Of a stretch of DNA of 64,000 nucleotides, positions 25,096 to 36,700 are shown piece after piece. Both the position numbers and the translations under genes were made by a program. Position 1 is the stretch's first letter. Each line of letters starts with the position of its first letter. The stretch spans positions 2,642,747 through 2,706,746 of the forward strand of contig SMSO01000037.1 in assembly GCA_004764695.1 (NCBI GenBank). Direction: 5' to 3'. Source of the stretch: Schizochytrium sp. TIO01 (lineage: Eukaryota; Protista; Bigyra: Labyrinthulomycetes). A model generated the notes under the pieces. That model worked only from the letters and a program-made list of their open reading frames with translations, did no database searches and was not told the origin of the DNA.

Positions 25096-28083
25096 ATGTC
25101 TGCGCCAACAGTCAAACATTCTCCACGACTTGGACCTGTTGCAACTCCACCTGGTGGTGGCACCCCAGGACGTGTCAAGGTTGTGCGACCTGAATCTGTG
25201 CTTAAATGTGTGCCACCAAAACCTTTACGAGGAGCCGGGTCTGAAAAGCATAGCAGGCGGAAGGGGCCCTCTACTGGTCTACCTGGTGCACCACCCATGC
25301 TTCGACGAGGCAACTCACTCCCGGCAAGTGTTATGAACCCAGCAACGCAGCAAAACGGAGGCATACAACCTTCCAACGTTGTCAAACTCGATCATCTCGA
25401 ACGCCTACGCTCCATGGGAAGTTTTATTGTAAAAATGCGCCAGCGACGCAAGCTCCTTCCCAGCAAAATGAGTTCTGTGGAGCTAGTTGTTAAGTCTGAT
25501 CTTCTCTTGTGGTATGACATTTCTGGAACCTACAATAAGGACTGTGCACGTACAGTCCATGGCCGCCGCATTCCCGACCATGTCTTTTGGATGTCAGAGT
25601 GGCAAGTCGAGCAAGGAATCAAAGAGAGAGATATTATCTTGCGACCGAGACCTCGGACGCGTGCACGCACCAGCTCGAGGAGGAGGAACCCCAATAACAA
25701 TAATGGTAGCAATCGGAGCCTCAACAAAACAATGAGTAGTGGCAACATATCAGGCGACGCAAACAACAATGCTAACACCGCCATGTTGGCACGTCAACGC
25801 TCAGGCTCTGAGAACTCTGTTTCCTCTATTATTCTCCCGCCCAAAACTGACTCGGCATCTTCTCTTCTTAACAACTCGAGCACAATCATGTATAATCAAC
25901 CTGAACAAGAGCTCAATCCCCAAATGCCGGAATCAACACAGAACATGAAGTCTCAGAACATTGCTGTCTCGTCTTCGCTCCTATCTATGAGCAAAATGAG
26001 CAGCTCTGATCTCTTATCTGCTACAAAACAAGGTGTCTTCTACGAGCTACAGTGCGCCTCCGTGGAGGAGCGCAACGCGCTGCTCGTTATGACCCGTGGC
26101 CTTCATCAGCCCATCTCTCTCATGGATCTCAAGCCTGTTGCACAAATTGGCACTGGCCACTTTGGTCGTGTACTCATGGTCAAACACCGCGAGACTGGCA
26201 CCCCAATGGCTTTGAAGGCAGTGCCTCTTGATAGGTCACGGCTTGACATGCTTATGGTGGAAAAACTTGTGCTGGAACGTGCTTCCACCGCCAAGTGTAA
26301 GGCGATCTCACGCCTTCTCTTTTCTTTCTATGATTCTGGAGCGCTTTACTTTGCGTGCGAGCTCTGCCCTTCGGGCGACCTTTGGGCCCTTTTACGCCAG
26401 AAAAAGGTACTCCCTGAGAACACTGTTCGCTTCGTGGCCGCCGAGCTTGTTTCTGCTATTCACTGCCTGCATACAGAAGGCATTGTACATCGCGATATCA
26501 AACCTGAAAATATTCTTCTTACCGCAACAGGCCACGTCAAACTTACTGACTTTGGTCTTGCCAAGTTTCTTAGTCTCTCTACAATCCACCTCCGCAGGGC
26601 ACGCAAGAAGAATGTCCTCGAGGACCAACCTGTCTTATCAGCAAGTCCAAATACTTCTCGAGGACCTCTCTCTTTCCTCCGTAATCTTGGCTCCTCACGC
26701 TCTCTTACAACCAATATTAACACGAACAACGTCTCAAACAGCGGCAAGTCGCTCGTCAGCAGCAGTATGTCCCCTACGCTCAGTGCAATGAACTCCAAGC
26801 CACGTCCTGGGGACCTCTCACTTGTGAACATCTCATCCGCCACCAACGTGAACCATCTTCTAGATGGAAACCTCTCCATTAACTCTCCATGCCTTTCCCC
26901 GGATAGCATTCTTTCTTCTTCAGAAGGTTCAATGCCCTCATCATCTTCGCTCGATACTCCGCGCTCACCTGAAAGTGGTCCTCTTGGATCTCCGAAACGT
27001 CGTAGTCGGCGGAGTTGCCAATGTGGCGCGGCGACTGCAGAAAACCCAAATGAGGTCTTGTGCTTCTGCGAGCGTCGTCCCGACTATGATCGATCCTTCA
27101 CCATCTGTGGAACCAGCTTTTACATGGCACCCGAAATGATCCGCGGCGCAGGGCATGGTCTAATGGTGGACTGGTGGCAGTTGGGCTGTGTTGTACAAGA
27201 ACTTCTTACCGGCACTCCCGCTTTCCAAGATTCGGACCCGCAGAAAATGGAGGATCGTATCCTATTTGGACGCCCGAACATAATCCCAGATGTTGCCCAC
27301 GGCCAGGTTCTCTCGATCTCTGACAATGCCCGGGACTTCATCCGCCGACTCTTGGCTACAGAACCGCGTGGACGCCTCGGTAATGGGGCTACCCGTGATG
27401 TATCCTCACACCCTTTCTTTACTGGTGTTAACTGGGTTCACGTGCAGCAAGGACTTCTTGAGCCTACTGATCTTCTCAAACGTTACACTCTTGAGTCCCG
27501 TACATCAACGCTTATGTCTTCGTCCCAGCCTCCAGGTCATCACGTTGTCGATCACCACCTTCGGGCCCAGATGATGGAATCCTCACCGACCGATGACATG
27601 GATCCCGACATGGATGACGACTTCATGAACCACGAGGAGCATAGTGATAGCATGAACGAACAGGACATGCTTGCATCTGCGGTGGATCTTGTTGATGAGG
27701 ATGAGGCCTTTCTCTTGCTTGAAGAGATGGTTGAGACGAAGGAGGCTCCAGATACGGAATTACCAATTTCGGGAAGCCCTGGGAAAGAAGATGTCAGTGT
27801 GCTTTTGGAAAGTTTCCCGGGAAGCTCGTTGACAGATTCCTTTGCACCTCTTCAAAATGAAGGCGAATATCGCAAACAAAATTCTACTGGCCGTGGCAAT
27901 GGTCCTAACCGTTTTGCACTGGGTGGTCACAAACCAGTGAACGGTAACCGCCGAGGCCGCCGCGGTCGCCGTGGCTTTGACGACCCCTTCCCTGGTCTTT
28001 GTTTTAAAAATCCCGAGATGCAAGTATATCATCAAGCCTCACTCTGTGCGGGCTTTTCGTTTCCTCCGGAATTCGAGAAATAA
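25096..28083 (+). CDS. AGC-group Ser/Thr protein kinase with probable split PH domain and large activation-segment insertion, 995 aa from first ATG
   Basis: IGTGHFGRV, ALK, HRDIKPENILL, DFGLAK, SFTICGTSFYMAPE, VDWWQLG, HPFFTGVNW and hydrophobic-motif-like FPGLCF/AGFSF near the C-terminus. First ATG at 25096 (the track's GTG 25036 is unlikely in a eukaryote). Confidence 0.93.
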   Translation: MSAPTVKHSPRLGPVATPPGGGTPGRVKVVRPESVLKCVPPKPLRGAGSEKHSRRKGPSTGLPGAPPMLRRGNSLPASVMNPATQQNGGIQPSNVVKLDHLERLRSMGSFIVKMRQRRKLLPSKMSSVELVVKSDLLLWYDISGTYNKDCARTVHGRRIPDHVFWMSEWQVEQGIKERDIILRPRPRTRARTSSRRRNPNNNNGSNRSLNKTMSSGNISGDANNNANTAMLARQRSGSENSVSSIILPPKTDSASSLLNNSSTIMYNQPEQELNPQMPESTQNMKSQNIAVSSSLLSMSKMSSSDLLSATKQGVFYELQCASVEERNALLVMTRGLHQPISLMDLKPVAQIGTGHFGRVLMVKHRETGTPMALKAVPLDRSRLDMLMVEKLVLERASTAKCKAISRLLFSFYDSGALYFACELCPSGDLWALLRQKKVLPENTVRFVAAELVSAIHCLHTEGIVHRDIKPENILLTATGHVKLTDFGLAKFLSLSTIHLRRARKKNVLEDQPVLSASPNTSRGPLSFLRNLGSSRSLTTNINTNNVSNSGKSLVSSSMSPTLSAMNSKPRPGDLSLVNISSATNVNHLLDGNLSINSPCLSPDSILSSSEGSMPSSSSLDTPRSPESGPLGSPKRRSRRSCQCGAATAENPNEVLCFCERRPDYDRSFTICGTSFYMAPEMIRGAGHGLMVDWWQLGCVVQELLTGTPAFQDSDPQKMEDRILFGRPNIIPDVAHGQVLSISDNARDFIRRLLATEPRGRLGNGATRDVSSHPFFTGVNWVHVQQGLLEPTDLLKRYTLESRTSTLMSSSQPPGHHVVDHHLRAQMMESSPTDDMDPDMDDDFMNHEEHSDSMNEQDMLASAVDLVDEDEAFLLLEEMVETKEAPDTELPISGSPGKEDVSVLLESFPGSSLTDSFAPLQNEGEYRKQNSTGRGNGPNRFALGGHKPVNGNRRGRRGRRGFDDPFPGLCFKNPEMQVYHQASLCAGFSFPPEFEK

Positions 28084-28963
28084 ACTGTCGCCATGCAAGC
28101 GACTTGTGCTAGTGAAATCTGGCTTCTTCACTCCCTCATCCGTTCTTTTCTTCTTTCATCATATACCTACGTGCATACTGTTCATATTTTTTTCGTGGAA
28201 CCAAAAGTTGTTCCCTGTGGATGTGTGATGATTTTATTGAGGATCTTGTGCAATTTCTATGTATCAAAAGCTCATATAAATAATACACCTCAGCTCTACA
28301 AAGGTGTCTGTGTACTCATCAAATTTCAAATTCTGTTTTTTCTTCTTATAGATCGAACTAAACTAATACCCACATTTTTTCCTTTACTCAGTTCTAAGAA
28401 CTGAAAATGAATATTAGCTTTTCATATGTATCATTAACTATATATAGGAAAGCTAACAAGCGCTCCAGAGCTCAAGGAACAAACCAAAAATCCCCCTTTT
28501 AACAATGGTGACTCCACAGCAACAAACACACATCCACTGAAAATATGAACAAGAATCGTGTAGATAAATTTTAAAATTAAAATTTAGAAATGTCGGTTTT
28601 CACGCTCCAACTCATGTTTTCATGAGCTTCTATAATGTTAGTCGCCGTTTTCCTTGTTGTGATTGACAAACAGGAATGAGACTAAGTTTTGAACTTGTAA
28701 TCGCAAACACATGGTAAGTCATTCGCAGAATGTACAAATCATTAACGCTTTTCTCTCTGACACTTCAAAATACCCTTTGAACTATTTGATAATAGCAAGT
28801 ATACTCTTGGACTTTGCAGTAATGAGGAGGAGTTGGAGTATATATACACAACAAGCACTGAAGGAAAGGCAAAAACACGACAAACAATTTAAAAATTTAA
28901 TATGATACAGGAAAACAGTTTAGAAATCGATCCATATCAGATCGAATAGAATCACTAAGCTGC

Positions 28964-29845
28964 CTAGTCGAACCAGTGGTTTGCACCAACAGGAATGATG
29001 AGAATAACTACAGAAAGGATCGTCGCAAAAGTCAATGCCAAGAAATTCTGCAGTCTTGAACGATTTCGAAGGCGCCTGAGCGCAACAGGATCCTGTAAAC
29101 GGTCCTCCTTGGAAGTGCGCAGAAACACATCAAACCAGGTGTATTTTTGATTCTCGCGCATACGCACTCCTTTCATCCCAAGCCCTGAACAAACCTTTTG
29201 GTATCCTGAAATCATGTATGCGAAGCCAGCAACAAAAATAATCCAAGTACACAAACGTACATAAGGGGTATGGAGAATACCCGTGCACTCGAGGGCGAAG
29301 ATTGCACCAGTAATGATGGCTCCTAAAATCAAGAGCTTGACTCCCAGTCGCGAGCGCCACCTAGCATGTGATTTGGTTAAATTTTGGTTTGCAGCTCGGC
29401 GGAGAAAACGGGGGAGACTGTCTTCGCTGATGAGTTTACGCACCTCCTGCTGTGACTCCAGGAATGCATTCAAGTCACCCTCGCTTGCCTTGCGTAGCGT
29501 AGCCTCGCGCATACTAGAGCTCAAGTTAATTTCCTGGGGAGAGCCTGCAACAATGAATCGCGATGCGATTTCCTTAGAGAGAGATTGGTGACTCTTGGGC
29601 TGTGCTGGAGACACACGGACAACTCCGGGTGCCTGTGATTCGCTACCAAACAGCTGTCTGTACTCCTCTGCTTGTGCCCAAAAGTCAACATTCTCTGTAT
29701 TGTACTCTCCTTGCATAAAGTCTCGCAGATCCTCTCTCCGAAATGGCACACCCCGAAGAGAATAAAGGACCTCGTCAACGCTAGGTTCTGACAGCGAGTC
29801 ACGACTGCCTTCACTTCTGGCATCCTCAATAGCCGCAGACTTCAT
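28964..29845 (-). CDS. RGS-domain protein with three C-terminal transmembrane helices (Rax1-like architecture), 293 aa from first ATG
   Basis: RGS motifs FMQGEYNTENVDFW, IASRFIVAGSPQEINLS, QQEVRKLISEDSLPRFL, then hydrophobic stretches LLILGAIITGAIFAL, LCTWIIFVAGFAYMI, FLALTFATILSVVILII. Confidence 0.9.
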   Translation of the reverse strand: MKSAAIEDARSEGSRDSLSEPSVDEVLYSLRGVPFRREDLRDFMQGEYNTENVDFWAQAEEYRQLFGSESQAPGVVRVSPAQPKSHQSLSKEIASRFIVAGSPQEINLSSSMREATLRKASEGDLNAFLESQQEVRKLISEDSLPRFLRRAANQNLTKSHARWRSRLGVKLLILGAIITGAIFALECTGILHTPYVRLCTWIIFVAGFAYMISGYQKVCSGLGMKGVRMRENQKYTWFDVFLRTSKEDRLQDPVALRRLRNRSRLQNFLALTFATILSVVILIIPVGANHWFD

Positions 29846-32624
29846 ATTTTTTGTTTCAATCAATTCAGCCTTCGCGATATCTTTGTGCTAGAGCAGGCCC
29901 ACGCCTGCAACCTTCACAGCGGTGGTCTCTATTCAGGGTTTGCTGTATCTAACGCAGCAATCCTTTCATCAAACCTTCCGACACCAGGAATTACATGCAT
30001 CTATTCTCCGTAACAAGTAAGACTCTCATTCTGACCCCTTCTACCCATGAAGCCCCTATATTAATAAAAAAGGGTTCAAGGAAATGGGGGGTACGCACAC
30101 TCCAGGAAACCTAAAAAAATCAAAGTGAGCGGAAATGAGAAGACCAAGAAAATACAGGCTTCTGCTGACACTGCTGATCACCCTGAGCCCATAAATGCCA
30201 GCAAAACTGCTAAACGAGCGAGGTCAAACTTCCGGGCTTCAAAATCGCAGATGCTCGCGGATAAGAAGCAGCGACAGAGGTTTGGCGCAAGTTGTCTATC
30301 TCTCTTGGGAGGCACGTGCACTCGCACACCCACATCGAAAGGACTTTCATCTGTTGTTTTCTGTGGGGTTAACTTGAGGACATCATGTGGATTATGTTGT
30401 ATGCAGTATTATATGAGCTCGGATCTGGTTAACGAGCTGGGCGCCACGCGCGGAGCTGAGTTGAGTTGAGTTGGAATGACTCGGGGGAGAGCTTTTGTCC
30501 TTTCATGGAGCAAGAAAGTCAATGGCTAGAAACCCCGACAACATCAACACAAGGTCATGACACGATGCAGATCTTTGGAGCGATTGCATTGAAATCCGAT
30601 GCGATACGACGCTCCTGGATCGAGGCCAGTGCAAAAGATGTGAAGTCCAGGCCCGGGAGTTCGGCTCATGCTGGAAAAGGAAAAGAGTAGGTACAACTTG
30701 AAGTACAAATTTTGGTGAGCACGTACAACTTCAAGTTAAAAGTAAACAAGTCACCGACTGAGGATAATAACAACAGCAACGACAAGGACTGATGGGATCA
30801 AACTCTTTCATCTCTCAACAAACTTACCAGGAACCGCTTCTGCTCACTCCAGTCCTTAGATAGCTTCACAAACGACGAGCGCATAACTTCAGGTTGCTCC
30901 TACACCAACACGTGCAAATGAGCTGAAGTCCAAGTGTTCCCCGGAAGTGGATTGAGCCTTCTCGTAGCAATTGTTATCGCGCTCCTAAAGGTCGGCCTTC
31001 GGAGAAGCATCAGAGAGGCGGCGAAAACCCTCGATGCATAAATAGACACCCACCCCTTCATCGTCTCGTCTCGCCATTTGCTTCAAGTGTGTAAGCTCGG
31101 TGAATTGCTATTGCGGCATCGCATGTGTCATATGGGACAAATAGGACAGAAGGCCGCTACCAGCGACTTGGATCTGGGGCCGCACGTAGCTGCTGCGGCC
31201 GCACACCCACTTCCTGCACCACCACAACTGTTGCGCACTGAGTGGCTTCTGCGGGATTCGAGTTGAGTTTCTTCGACCGACGCCTCCATAAATTGGGCAA
31301 AAATACCACTGCTAGTGAGTTTTCTATTAATCAGATAACTAAACAACATCTTCATCATATTCTTTATTTCGTTTTGGCCTTTTCGAAGCTGTCCTTTTTG
31401 TTCCTCTTTTTGCTATTACTGTGTCTCGTGCAGAGGAGACAGGAAGGGTAGATACGTCGCCACATTCCCCTTGTCTCCAAAGAAGGTCCTTGCAAGTAAA
31501 TGATGTTGAGCATCAATGTTGTCACAACAATATCGTGGAGTTCATCCTCTCAATTCGCTTCTTCACGATGAAGCTCTTGTATCTTTTCACTGAGCAATTG
31601 CCTTCAACACATCCTTATTTATTGAGTGGCTTGGAACGGGACTCAGGAAAGCGCTCCCTCCATCTCTAGTCTGACAGACCACACCATTATCAAGTTCTCT
31701 TCAATATAGATCTTTTTGATCAAGTTTGTTCATCGAGGTGCCGTTTTCCGACTCTTGGAAGAAATGTTCTCAATCATATAAGAAGAGATCTCTGTGCATC
31801 TAAGGTTGCGATTCTCTCTTTGCGGGAAAGTAATGAATTGAGCGACGACAACAAATCTAGCAAAATTTGATAATGATTGCCACACAATGGACATTATTCC
31901 ATCTTCGGCGCATTCCTATTTATGCAGTAGGGACTGATCCAAAACACATGCTAAAGTGAAAGTGCATTGGCCAACCCGCATATTCTTTGCATTTTCACCA
32001 TCGTACAGCTTCCTAACCAAATTTCGGGCAAGCAGTATAAATCGAAAACACCCGAAACAAAACTTTCTCTTGATAACAAGATAAATACTATGGCACTCGG
32101 CGTCACTAATGCGCATCAACATCTATTAGTATGTGTTGACCGCTGTTGATTAAACTGTTTGGGAACACCAAACCATCATAGAGATTCATGTTGAGCAAAC
32201 ATGTAGACCTCTTTTAGTAAGTCTAGCACTTTTGGCTTGTGTCAAAATTAGGGACTGCTGAGTAGCCTTGCTCATTTCCAAATTGCGCGCTGTTTCTTTC
32301 TATTCACAATTGTTTGTTCCGTTTTTTTTCTGCATTGTCTTCAACGATGAATTCAACTATGATTTTGGTGGAATCAGCACAGCTCTGAAAAGAAGCATGA
32401 AGCTTTCATGCGACCCGACAGCGGCATGAGACTGTCTGGATATTATTATGGTCCGGGGCGTGGGCCTTTTTTATAAAATTATTTTTTAGTTTCTCGTTTA
32501 ATCTTCCCTGTGTGACCAATTCAATCTATCTTACACATTACTTCTGTTTCTGGGCAACGCAAAGCAAATCACTCGACAGCAGCTTCTTCTCCAAGAGTCA
32601 CGCGACTGTGCTGTAGACATCAAG

Positions 32625-33320
32625 ATGCTAAAGATTCTTTCAAAGGTTCGCGAGGAGGTTGACGCGGGCAAGCTCCGCATCATCTTGGCTAGCGCAAGTC
32701 CTCGTCGTCGCGAGCTGCTTGGCGACATCATCTTAGGCCACTCCGTGCCTTTTGCAGTGCAGGCAAGCAAGTTTAAAGAAGACTACGACAAGGCATTGTA
32801 TAAAGGCAGAGCTCATGAGTACGTCGCTGAGTACGCTTTGCAAAAGGCCCTCGATGTTCGTCGTGAGGTCATTGCCGAACAATCTTCGGACTCGGTCACC
32901 ACAATAATTATTGGTTGCGATACCGTTGTCGTGCGGGATGGAACCATTCTTGAGAAACCCGCATCATCCCAAGAGGCCTTTGATACAATTCTAAGTTATA
33001 GCAAACGAGATGTCAGTGTGGTGTCTGGTATGGCACTGATATTGGTTAAACCGAACGATTCTGCACAAGACGACGCCTCTGATAAGCATGTTAGTACGTG
33101 CGAGACCTGTGTCACCTTCGCCGAGCTTGATGAAGACCTTGTCAAGGCTTATGTAAACACTGGTGAGCCAATGGATAAAGCTGGAGGCTTTGGTATCCAA
33201 GGGCTTGGAGCTGTGCTTATCAGCGGCATTAAGGGCTGCTATTTCAATGTGGTTGGTCTCCCAGTGCAAATGCTCAGCAACAACATGTGTGAGTTCTTAA
33301 CCCGCAACAGTTTTGCCTAA
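32625..33320 (+). CDS. maf: Maf family nucleoside-triphosphate pyrophosphatase (YhdE/ASMTL-Maf type, dTTP/UTP)
   Basis: IILASASPRRRELL, IIGCDTVV, ILEKP, GEPMDKAGGFGIQG, YFNVVGLP: the full Maf motif set, 231 aa. Confidence 0.95.
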   Translation: MLKILSKVREEVDAGKLRIILASASPRRRELLGDIILGHSVPFAVQASKFKEDYDKALYKGRAHEYVAEYALQKALDVRREVIAEQSSDSVTTIIIGCDTVVVRDGTILEKPASSQEAFDTILSYSKRDVSVVSGMALILVKPNDSAQDDASDKHVSTCETCVTFAELDEDLVKAYVNTGEPMDKAGGFGIQGLGAVLISGIKGCYFNVVGLPVQMLSNNMCEFLTRNSFA

Positions 33321-33762
33321 ATAATATTCTGTAAAAGAATAGTTGCATAGCTCTGTGTTTTGGGTGGGTATATGTATTTTCTATATGCTACATTGGGTAC
33401 TCATGTATGCCTCGGAGTTGTATTATGTACCAGGAATTTGGTTCAGGTTTTACATGGATACCAACGATGAAGAAAACCTACGATTATTCTTTCGATTGAT
33501 GCGGTGTGTGTAGACCTCTATACGAATAGCTCATTATACACTTCTATTTGCCTCTTTAAATACTACTGGATATGACCTTTCGTACTTTAATTGTTGAAAA
33601 CAAAAGAATGCGCGTAATAATCCAAATCACAAAACTTGCTTCTCTATCAGAATAAAAAAAGAAAGCAGATGCAAGATTCTTTCACATCGCAAGATTTGCT
33701 GGTGCTTTGAAACCGAAAGGCACATACTTGATAGATTATAATGAAGTTACTTCTTTTTTATA

Positions 33763-36700
33763 TCAGGGAAAATCGTATTGCAAACTTGGAGGGCGAAGCG
33801 AAGGCGAAAGGTCGACCTCACTACTTTCTGCCAAGGCTAAGGCCTGCCAAAATACCACAGGTTCCTTCCCACACAGGACGCGTGTAACAACACGTGGTGC
33901 TTGCTCATAGGTGATAAGTTGAAATGCTGCCGTTTGTGCAGAACTCAAAACATTCTCAGGCACCTCAGTGTCGTGCCATATGTAGAGCGTATCACAGCTT
34001 GGCGCACAGACAATCCAACACCTGGGCATTTCATCTTCGACCTGCTCCCCGGATCTAGATGGTTTGAACATGTTGAATTTGACGGGAGTTACAGGACCAG
34101 ATGTAAGAGCAATTGGAGCACGACGACCGTTCGGAAAAGTGCGGTAGGTCTGGTCCACTTCAGAGACATTAAATTTGTACACGATGGATTGGCGAGCAAC
34201 TCGAGATGGGCGCGTAGTGGCCCAAAGCATAAGTTGCATGGCAAAACCAACATTTGGACTTACCTCCGCTCGTTTTTGTTTCAGAAAGGCTACAGCCTCT
34301 TGGTAGTCCCAGTTGTGTCTCCATATTAAGTAGGCCAAAATAATGGTTGCAGAGCGAGAAATACCTCGCTGACAGAACACAAAGACACGGCCACCTTCTT
34401 GCAAAACATTTTCAATAAATTGAATTGCGGGAAAGAATGTACCAGAAATATCTTGAGTTGATTTGTCACGTAAATGCAAAGTCAGAGTGGAGATACCCTC
34501 TGGCAGATCTACTTTGGGTTGATGTTTGCGTCGTGTCGAGCAGTCGATCAGAGCGGTGAAATGGTGCTCGTTGATGAAATCTTCAGAATTGTGCATAAGA
34601 GCAAACATGCTTCCAATGTATAAATGATCCAGGACCTCCGTACAGACGTATTTAGGCTTGCCACCCGGTGTTGGGGGTTCATATCGAGGGGTTTGTGGGG
34701 TCATTACATTAAGACTCACAGGTCTTAGTGATCTTCCAGAGCGTGGTGGAGGAACATAGCTCGGTGAAGCTTCCGGACTTAAACGCTCGTTAGAACGCAG
34801 GTCAGCAGTTTGTACAGTTAGGTCAAGCTTTAAGCCAGGACGCCGACGCTTTAAGCTGTTACTATTTACGATCATGCTTTGATATCCGGAACCGGGAGCA
34901 CCAGTAGCATCCGCTCCAGATGACGAGCCTGCGATTAGCTTAGGGACTGGGAAGGGGCTCGAAGACTTCTGAGACTGCGGGGGTGACCCGAAACCTTTAA
35001 AACCACCGTTGGACTTGGTGGGGGTTGTATCCACTGTCAGGGAAAGTCCTGGCCTACTCCTACTTGGTGAGAGAGGACTGGGGCGGTTTTGATGTAACAA
35101 CGGTGGACTCGACGTTTGTAAATGGCCATGCTGGCTGATTGATGCAGGATGACTTGAACCCGATTGATCTTTTTTAGAAGATATAGTACCAATGGTGTCG
35201 TCTCCAGTATCAAGCCAGAGGCTTCGCGTCTGCGGCCGCCTGCCGTGTCTTGGTGTTGGCGCCGGCAAGGGGGGCTGTGTTGGAGCTGTCCTTGAAGAAA
35301 AAAATTGATGAGCCTCGCCATTGTCGTCTGGAGACGAAAGGCTTGCAGTACCCTTATCAACAGGTGACTGCAGTTGGTTATTCGAGTGTTGACATTTACC
35401 AAAGCCCTGCAACCCATCTGCAGAGTTAACTTCGGCATGGGTAGTATCCAAGTGCTTACGGTGTCTCTCTGGTGTGAGTCCTCCATACCCGCTTGTCATT
35501 GACAAAACAGAAGATGGAGGCGATGGAAAACGTGAAGAAGTTGAAGACACTTGCTTGGCCCCTGCACCCGAGGGGGCTTTCCCATCGCTTGAAGCAGGTG
35601 AAAAGTACAACCTCGATGAATGTTGTTTTGATAATGACGACGAAGATGACGTTGATTGTAGTGATGAAACATCAGCAGACCAAGGTCTGTCTGCAGGACC
35701 TTTAGCGGTGCTAGAGGTCTCCATAAGGGAATTATTGGTGCCGTCCTCTGCCTTGTTTTGTTGCGTACTCTGAGTATTGAAATCGAATCCTGGAGCCTCT
35801 TCTAGAGGAGACGAGTGAGCAGCGCGAAGGCGGCGTTGAGACATGTTCATGGTTTGGGCGTCGTTGTGGATTCTTGAACTGTGGCTTGAGCGTATGTACG
35901 CATCCGGAGCTGTGATTGGTCTAGCATGCACATTCCCATCTTCAGTCCTGATACGCGGCACCTTAGCATCCATGTTCTGATCCTCTCGCCTATCTTGTGA
36001 AGCTTTTTTATCCTTTTCGTCCGCCGTTGGTTTACCTGTAAAAGAATCTTCCATAGCAGAATCCTGCCCCGCTGGGCCTCTCCTTCGAAACAAGGGTTCA
36101 TCCCGTGCCCCAGCACCGCGTGGCGAAGATTCTGCAACAAAGCTGAGGGGAGTTTGGCGTACTGGTGATTTCCTGTCGGTCAGTGGTTTAAGCGACGCTG
36201 TGGTCCGGGGTGACTGCAGCAGTGTAAACCCCTGAGTGAGGCCATTAACATCTATAGCTTTGCGAGCTGCATTGATTGGACCAACGCGAGAATCTGAGGC
36301 AAGTTTCGCTGGGCTTTGATCGTAATTTTCTGCATGAGGTGAAAGTACAAGTGGAGACAATGAGGAATGAAAGACCATTGGGCACGAATTAGAGGAACCT
36401 CGTGGTGACAAACAGGGCGAGTTAGGTTCACTACGCGATACTCGAGATGAGTGCACACTATTTGCCGAAGCGCACGTCTGCGTGCTAGCGAGACTAAATG
36501 CACTTGCATCACTGCCAATGGAGTTGATCAATCGATCTTCACTCTCTTTACAGGCATGGGGCTTAGCTTTTGCACCATATTGATGATCTTCTACGAGCTC
36601 CTTTGTGCCCATGTTCAGCGAGCATGAAGCAGACCTTGATCCAAACAGCGGAGGGTAGTTTGGCTGCCTCTGCCGTTGCTGCTCTTGGGAGTTTCCCAGT

